From contig LVLI01000275.1 in assembly GCA_001687465.1 (NCBI GenBank), positions 1-43,408 of the forward strand: 43,408 bases of DNA, given 5' to 3'. The notes beneath the pieces are model-generated. The model was not told the DNA's origin, made no database searches, and was given only the letters and a program-made list of their open reading frames with translations. Positions 35,939 to 43,408 of this stretch are shown here, in pieces (position 1 is the stretch's first letter; the number at the start of each line of letters is the position of its first letter). Position numbers and translations under genes: made by a program. Origin of the DNA: Halocafeteria seosinensis. Lineage: Eukaryota.

Positions 35939-37151
35939 CTATGACACGAGAGAATTTTCCCGGTTTCTTTCGGCTTGTTCCCGTTTCTTCCTTTCGACCC
36001 GAAGGGCTTTCTGTATTTTAAGTAAGAAAATAGATGTCGTCTCTTGGCGAGCAATCATCGGCAGATTACGTACCCAATCTACGTTATCAGATGAAATTGA
36101 GTCCCTAGATCGTGATCGCTTTTTATCATTTTTCCTTGATTTCTTTTTGTACTCCTTTTTTGCCTTCCGTGAGGTTGACTGCGTTCGTTCATGTTTCTCT
36201 CCCTCACTGTCTTCCACGAGATGTGCTCTACCAATCTTCCGCTTTACAGTGTCACTATTCTTGGATATTCCCTTGTGTAGCACCTTCTGCATGTAGTTCA
36301 GTGGGTCGCGGGCATTCTTTCTCCTGTATAGCGAAGAACGAAGAAAGTGCTAGGCCGAAGTGCCAAAAATGCTCGCCAAGATGATACTTACGACGCATCT
36401 CTGCTACTTCGGGAGTCATCAGCTTCCTCTATTTTCCTACCCCGAACATCTGTCGTCTCGAGAGCATCCACATCCATTTTGGCATACCATGGAACGTCTT
36501 TTGCGGAAGCGCCTGCAATTTCGCCGAGCTTCCAAGGGGCCAGTCCTGATTTTTCCTTTTCCTTGTGCTCCTTCTCTTTCTTCTCCTTCTCGTACTCTTC
36601 ATTCTTATCTGCATTATAGCATACGATGAAGTCAATCCAGTAAACGATGCTGACCACGGCGCTTTCGTCACCAACTACCTACATAGCAATTGATCATCTT
36701 TATGAGACAGCGTCTGAAAGAAGTTGAAATGACCTCTTTCATCTCGCAATGTTTCCGTGGCTCGAGCCGATGCAGCAAAGGCGTCTCTATCCTTACCGTC
36801 ACCTGTGGGATTTTCGAAGTCTTCTTCGTCCTCAGCACTTCCTCGTGAACAACCTTTAGCCTGTTGTGAAGCATGTTCAGCCTCCTCTTCCTCCAAGTAC
36901 GCCTGTGTTATCGCTCTCTGAGAGCTTTCATTGCCCTCCATACCACTCTCCGGCGCTCCAAACGTGTCATTATTTGCTGTATCTGGTTGCACTCGCTGTT
37001 TTAGCTGCTGCATTCGTCGTTCATGCTCCGTACGGAGCTGTTTCTCCAGTTTCTGCTGCTGCTGCTTCTCATGTTCAGCTTCATCACGGCGGACACGAGC
37101 CACATTATCATCATTCAAGACGTGCCACCGTTTCTTGGGTAAAATATTCAT
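35939..37151 (-). CDS. LENG1: Leukocyte receptor cluster member 1 homolog (Cir_N domain), 4 exons
   Basis: MNILPKKRWHVLNDDNVARVRRDE, GHFNFF, NEEYEKEKK, PWY, RDPLNYM, LRVERKKREQAER; three in-phase introns. Confidence 0.88.
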
Positions 37152-37609
37152 TTTTGTCCCTTTCGAACAGTTTCCATGTTTCAATCTGACGAAAAACAAG
37201 AGTTCTTGGATTCTCACCCCATGATACGTATGAGAGTCTTGAAGCTGTAAACTTCACCTGTAACCTCAAACATTTCACTGCACTCTACAAGTTGACTACA
37301 ACTGTTGCACAATTGCACAAGTTTGTACAAGTAGTACAGACATACCTCAAAACAATGAACTAGTGACTATATAAACAGAAGATTATTTCATATTCTATTG
37401 TTGACTTCGTACAGTGTACAACACACAATGTGGTACTGTGTGTGTGACTCTGTGTGTACAATCATAATGTAACGTATACACACATACATGTAGTAACCAG
37501 TCTGTATATCGCCAGAAACACTACTTTAGTAGAGCCAGTCTCCCACGCTGGTTTCCCTACCTCGATTCCAAGGTAATTGCAGAATTCTTCCATCAATTCT
37601 TCGTCGTAG

Positions 37610-38400
37610 CACATGAATGGCGAAGCCCAGTGCCGCAAGGATAAGCTCATCCCGCTCTTCGAGAGGGCACGCACTGAATGGTTCCACCTTAAGAACCTCC
37701 CAATGGTGAGGAGCGCAGAGATTAGGTTCATCCGCAGGGCTTCAAACGCGGCTGCCGACCGCTTGGCTAAGACCGCGTCAAACAACCCAGTGGGTAATGG
37801 TTCCTCTTGCTTAGATTGGCCGCCTAGAGCTACGCACACGGTAGACGAAGTCGAAAAGTTTATCGACTTCAGGCTCCACGACAAGCGGATCCTCGTCCAC
37901 TGGAAGGGCTACCCAGAGGCAGCACGGACGTGGGAACCGGCTTCGTGGCTTCAGAAAGACCTGGGTAGCGGCACCTTCTTCGATCTCGAGCAGGAGATGT
38001 ACTTTAATCTGGGCTATGATGACGAAAATGAGGTGGACGGAATTTCTGGGGAGCCCCCGCCCGCGTCAGGTGGAGGCTTGTCATTGGTCACAACTGTTGC
38101 GTCGGGAACAACACTTCATCCTGCCTGCGCTGCTGCAACCGGTCTTGGTGTTGGCGCCGCTGTGGCAGGCTCAGGGTCTTCTCCTCCCAGACTGAGCCTT
38201 GTCGGTACCTCTGACATTGTGGGCGCAGGCATGGTTCCTCCCCCGATGCCTCCTGAGCTTAACCAGTGCTGCGTTCCCTCACGGCGCATGTCAGCAAGCT
38301 GCAGGAGAAGCGGGCCCGTCGCTGCTTAACACGGGCGCATACCGCTCCTCGTTAAGAGGATGCGGTCAACTTCCCGGCCGGTGGGCTATCTGTCACATTT
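37610..38400 (+). mobile_element. Retroelement fragment: RNase H C-terminal half + chromodomain + linker + degenerate Cys motifs
   Basis: MNGEAQCRKDKLIPLFERAR...FIRRASNAAADRLAKTA (RNase HI); EVEKFIDFR...LVHWKGYPEAARTWEP (chromodomain, about 37841-37965); then QCCVPS and, after a frame change, RWAICHIC. Confidence 0.8.
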
Positions 38401-38409
38401 GTGTGTGTG

Positions 38410-39578
38410 TTGTTCACAATACTGGTGTTACATCATTTGCTCAAGCTCCATTGATCCGGAATCTTGATATGAATAGGGAAACTGCACGCAGAGGTGGATT
38501 TATTGTCCAACAAGAGCAGAAATTCTTTATCATAGATTCATGTAGTTCATCAGGAGATATTGCTGGCAATGCTGGTGGTGGTATACATGTATGTGGTTTT
38601 CGCAGTGGTCTTGATAATGGTCGAATTAAGATATCGAATTCGTATTCGGCAGGGAGGGTACTGGGCAGACTTGCAGGTGGTATTGCAAGAGTTCATGTTG
38701 GATACAATCATGGGATTGCCAATATCACGGATTGTCATTCCACTGGAACTATTGAAGGACAAGAATTAGGTGGTATCTGCGGAAACGGTGCTGGTTTTTC
38801 GAATGGTCAAGTGTATATAACTCGTTCCTATTCCACAGGAGATATCATTCCTGCTAGTTCAAACAGTGGTGGTATTGTGGGCAGCAATGCTGGTCTTGAC
38901 AATGGATTCGTCCTAATCAAGGAATGTTATAGTATGGGACAAATATCTGCAGACTGTAGTGGAGGGATTAGCGGCGATGATACAGCTGATCGTGAGGGTG
39001 AACCACATATACATATCATAGCTTGCTATGCACGAGGAAGTATTAGTGGTGAAAAAACAGGAGGTATTACAGGGGAGAGGACAGGAGGGGAACCAAACCA
39101 TCCTACAGGAGATGTCTACATCACAAATACATATGCGTCGGGTACAGTCACGGGTCGGGATGCTGGTGGGATTATAGGACAGATAAGGGGTGGTGCAAGT
39201 GGTACTATTCACGTGAAACACTCAGCATACAATGGAAATGGAGGAACCGAGCCTACCGGTACAGTTGGAGTGAATGGTGGCAGTAATCTTGCAGAGACAA
39301 ACAATTCAGATGATTTGACGGACATACGGGGACAACTGTATCAACTGGGAGGGTGGTCGGATGACGTATGGGCTTTAGATAGAGGAGAAAGTGACGACAA
39401 AGAGAATCTGCTGCCAATTCTACGATTTCAAGTAGCACCGTCATCTACTCATTCACCCATGTCGACGCCTTCAGCGACAACGACAAGGTCGGAGACTCGT
39501 TCAAGCAGCTTTACCCCTTCTGGGAGTACCACTCCATCGTCGTCGCACAGCCGTCCAAGGACTCCAATTGGACGGTAA
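38410..39578 (+). pseudogene. 5'-truncated GLUG-motif repeat surface protein with Ser/Thr-rich linker
   Basis: Repeated I-x-x-(S/C)YS-x-G-x-I...GGI-x-G units, GWSDDVW...LPILRFQ and an STPSATTT linker; no signal peptide or proper start; begins at a (GT)n run. Confidence 0.75.
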
Positions 39579-39601
39579 GCCCCACGCTAACCCTAAGTTT
39601 T

Positions 39602-42135
39602 TCTCACGTCGAGGACCAGATTCTGTACAAATGTAAATCCAGGTACTTATCGCCACCAGAGACACTGAAGCTTGCTTGCCGCTTACTTGGTGGCCTTAGT
39701 GATAATGCAGAGGAAGCACAAGAAGCGCAGTTGCGGGCCAAGGAGCAGGCCGTTGCTGGGGATGGTGACGCCACAACGCCGTGCAAATTCATGGTATCGT
39801 TGCGATGGGAGCAGGACCAGGTTACTGGAACGTTAACGTGTGTGACTACTGAAGGAAATTGGAAACATACAGGCCATGATAACGCTGCCGAGTGGAATCA
39901 AGAAATGACTGAAGCCCGAAAGAACGCAACGATTTGTAATAATTACAGGTCTATCACTCACCAAGACTGCCAGTGCCGCCAATCAGCAGGCCGTCGGTGG
40001 GGTCAAGATAAGCGCCGCGACGAAGAAGCGGATTCAACGCGAAGCGTCAAATATTTTACTCCGAGAACGAAGAGCGTACCGTGATCTCGGTTTTCGAGAG
40101 GAATGACTGTAGATATCGAATTGTACCGGACGTTTGCGCATGTTGGTCGTCTCCCGCCATGCAAAAGTCGGCAGAGCTCTACCAGGATCCCATCCACTTC
40201 GACAGTACACACAACATTCCGATAGACGGTCTTCAATTAAAGAAAAGAAGGCACAGCTTTATCAGTTCGTGACGCCGTCAAAAGAAGTCCAGGTCCTAGT
40301 TCTTGCGCAGGCGCTCGCTTATGGAGAAAGCGAGGTTGTAACACCGTAATCCTGAAGTTCATTCACGAGCTTCTGGGGGCAGTTCCGCCGGGAGTGATCA
40401 TCTCAGATGATGCAGAGGGATTTCGAAAAGCTGTACATGAGGTGTGGCCTCAGTGAATTCACAAGTCATGTGGGTACCATCTGATTGTCAACTGGAACAA
40501 GCGATTCAGTAAGTTCCAGAACCGAGACGACGTACTTCCAGGCAAGATCCTACTACGAAAGGCTGCTACTACCATAGACATTTTTCAGTCTAAAGGATAT
40601 TGGGACGAGCTGGAGACGCTTTGTCAGGCGAACTTGTCGGAAAAACATGCAGATTTCATCGAATACTATCGGGATAACTTGAGCTTTTGGACTCTCGCGG
40701 GGATTCCGAAGAACGTTTACGTGGGTTACTCTTTTGCGAACAGTATCACTGAAAGTACCAACCATATGGTTAAGGGGCAGGATATAACCCACGCCACCAG
40801 CACGCTTCGAGTAATATACATCGCGTGTTTGACTTTCGATCCTTCTGTGATAAGCCCAGATGTGATGACGTGTCCGCCCATTATCTCCGCAAAACTTGAG
40901 GGATCGACGACGCGAAATAGAACGGAGCTGTTGAAAACGCTGAAAGATTGCTCTTCACCAGTAAAATGGGATGGTGTACCCGATACCCTAACGAACCGCT
41001 TCCTGGAAGTGCTGATACGAGGGTTTAGACTGAGCAATTCTCTGACTGCCGTGCTTGATGGGGATCGCACCCGGTGCTTCAACGCCGTGTTGAGACGGTG
41101 TTTCACATTGTAGCTGTTTCCGATATTCACGGCAAGCTCTTGTGCCTCTCTTGCAATTATTTCAGGTTGCAGGGCAGCCCATGCTCTCATGTCCTGTCTG
41201 TACTTAAGTGCTTTCGCATGTCTGAAGATAAGCTACCTTTCATTACGAGGAACTTAAGGACGGAAGGAACCGAACGCGTTGATATGAATGCCCTTTATTC
41301 AGGATTACCTGTCAGCGAGGATGCAATTGGTTGTCTCGTTACTGTTAATGACTTTCTCTCTGCTGAAGATGTGGAGCAAAATCCTCCCCTAGGAATGAAT
41401 GGCAATGACGATAGTGTTGAATCATTCCCCAAGTTCGAGAAAATTGCGTCCGATACAATGGAAGTACCTGTAAATGGCAACTTGGAGTATTCCCGTGAGC
41501 TGAAGTTGGCTGCTTCTCGCAGAGGCAGTGTGGCTCGTAATTTCGAGTTGGCCAATCAAGACTCTGCTGCTGTATTGAACGCGCGAAAGTCGCTGCAGAA
41601 GACACTGCTTGACAGTGCACTGACACAGAAAGAACTTTGGATTAAAATTCTAATGTCTGCTACATCTCTCCAGGATCAGCACACCGCGATGTACAAGACA
41701 GTATTTCCAGCTAAAGCACCAAAAGACTCATCTCTGAAGCAAATAGGGAATGCCGAGAATTTAAAACCCAGTGCTTATGTCCCTGACATCCAACATTGCC
41801 AGAGACTGGCTGGAAAACTAAGCACCAAGAACAACCCAGTCAAGCGAAGTCGATCTTCCACCGTCGCCAAGAAGAAATCTTCGAGTCTAGCGACCATTCA
41901 TAAGGCAGGAAGTTCCGTCCAACAAGTTGAAAAAGCGCATCAAGTGTTTCCAAATGTAGCGGCAGGTCAGCCAGCCGCGTTCCAGGAGAGAATTCGTCGA
42001 GGAGAACGTCAACTGGTGTTCCTACTGCAGGAACTGCTTGTGAAAAAGTTCAGAACAGGCCGTCAAGCACTTCGAAACGCAGCTTTGGATCAGGTAAGAG
42101 GACAAAGAAGCATGTGGTCGAAAGGTCGAGTATGA
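39602..42135 (+). mobile_element. Decayed MULE/Mutator-type DDE transposase with SWIM zinc finger
   Basis: YKC...PCKF...KHTGH (FAR1/WRKY-GCM1-like finger); IHFDSTHN (D at 40201); VIISDDAEGFRKAVHEVWP*IHKSCGYH (D at 40406, in-frame TGA 40454); ITESTNHMVK (E at 40751); SWIM CLSCNYFRLQGSPCSH (41143-41190). Several stops and frameshifts. Confidence 0.88.
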
Positions 42136-42719
42136 TCCCGCGAAGAAGCGTGTGTCTGCGAAGTGGAAGGGCTACCCCAGAAAGCGAAAACTCATGGGAA
42201 CCCGTTCGTTTCCTGAAGAGCGACCTTTCGGGAACATTCGAGACATTCTGGAAAGCGCTATTTCCTGATGACACGGGTGTACAGTTGCTGCCTGGTGACG
42301 AGAGTAGTGATTGCGACAGTGACACTCCTCTCAGTGAGCTGGTGCCAGTCAAATCAGCCAAAGTTAGCAAGTGCTAGACAGTTGGACTTCGCCAGACCAC
42401 ACGCTCTTCACAGTCGAAGGACAAATTTCCGCTGTTCATTTGTCCGCATCGTATCAGCAATATTAAGAACGCATACTACACGCATATGCGATATACCTTG
42501 TCGTCACTTCCAGGCGCCTGCCTGTTGGAGGAGTATTGGCAATTTGTTCTGTACCAAAACACCGCAATGATAGTGAAGCCACTTCACCGTTGATTATCAA
42601 CATGGTCATAATATACAAATTGACAGAAACATACATGTAATACACGTCGATGTATGTAAGACTCTGGACCAGGTACCACCTACTTTTGTTGAAGTTGAAG
42701 TCGTATTCTGTATAGTTTT

Positions 42720-43141
42720 GAACAGTTCCCACAAACCCCACGAAACAACTCACGGACACGGAATGGAGGATGATGGCGCGCTTACGCCTAGGTCTAAGCG
42801 TCACCCCACACCCAATTCCCGACATCTGCCGTCTCTGTTCAGGGCACACCAATGGCTCAATCAATCACGCCTACACGTGCTCTCACGGAGAACTCGCAGC
42901 CTGTCGCAGGTAGCCGGCTGGACAGGCACGACGCGATCAGAGACTCTATAGCAGGATCACTCACGTACTGGGGGATGTGGGCCAAAACGGAGCAGCCGAT
43001 AAGCGCAACCACAAAGAGAAGATCAGACATCGAGGTTATGCAGCCAGAGGGCATATACAGTACGCGATTGACGTCACGGTCACCCACGCTTCAACGCTCT
43101 TTCATCAGCAACACCTCAAACCGACGTATGCCACGCTGATA

Positions 43142-43174
<33 letters not shown>

Positions 43175-43408
43175 ACAAATATCTCAAGCTGGCAAGGGAG
43201 GCGGAGAAACTCTTCATTCCATTCGTCTACCAAACCTATGGAGGGATGGGCTCAAAGGCACTCACCTTTTTGAAGGAGCTGTATGATAGGCCGTCTAATC
43301 TAAGGGTAACGGATCCGGTCTTGTTTGTCAGGGATCTTCGATTGCGCCTAAGCTGTTCGGTGCAGCGGAGCAACTGCAGAATGCTGCGCAAGTGGTTGCA
43401 TTTAGTAA
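42720..43408 (+). mobile_element. RLE non-LTR retrotransposon 3' fragment (CCHC knuckle + restriction-like endonuclease), frameshifted
   Basis: EWRMMARLRLGL...CRLC...HAYTC / RHDAIRD...RRSDIEV / AIDVTVTH...RER / KYLKLA...FIPFVYQTYGGMGSKALTFLKEL...RLSCSVQRSNCRML. Confidence 0.9.
43142..43167. repeat. (AG)13 microsatellite
   Basis: Pure AG run inside the RLE coding remnant. Confidence 0.95.

Noticed and set aside
37280..37500. ACAA/TGTG-rich low-complexity tract upstream of LENG1
   Set aside because: No regular period or convincing hairpin; probably promoter or boundary sequence.
39587..39596. Telomere-like CTAACCCTAA at the GLUG/MULE junction
   Set aside because: Under two units, expected by chance, and it overlaps a possible intron branch-site-like sequence.
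1..43408. tRNA, rRNA, snRNA or spliced-leader genes as retrotransposon targets
   Set aside because: None recognised by eye; an Infernal/tRNAscan search would be needed to exclude them formally.

Overview
Eukaryotic genomic DNA with short (about 55-120 nt) GT-AG introns, probably a heterotrophic protist such as a stramenopile (taxon is inference only). The window has three zones. (1) 1-6.3 kb is decayed and mobile-element rich: a nest of restriction-like-endonuclease (RLE) non-LTR retrotransposon fragments, an RNase H fragment, a frameshifted heptad-repeat + PD-(D/E)xK-like gene and a frameshifted TPR-like gene between two direct repeats. (2) 6.8-37.2 kb is an intact gene-dense core: two intronless PP2A B''-like paralogs, DENND6-like, GPR137-like, a HAD-like conserved protein, a USP8-dimerisation-domain ubiquitin protease, a giant DUF4062-NACHT-TPR protein, two PILS-like transporters and LENG1. 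(3) 37.6-43.4 kb is again mobile-element rich: an RNase H-chromodomain fragment, a truncated GLUG-repeat gene, a decayed MULE/SWIM transposase and another RLE retrotransposon 3' end. The best leads are a possible RNase H + chromodomain RLE retrotransposon lineage and the coiled-coil nuclease-like gene. All calls come from motif recognition by eye; no searches were run and exon boundaries are manual.
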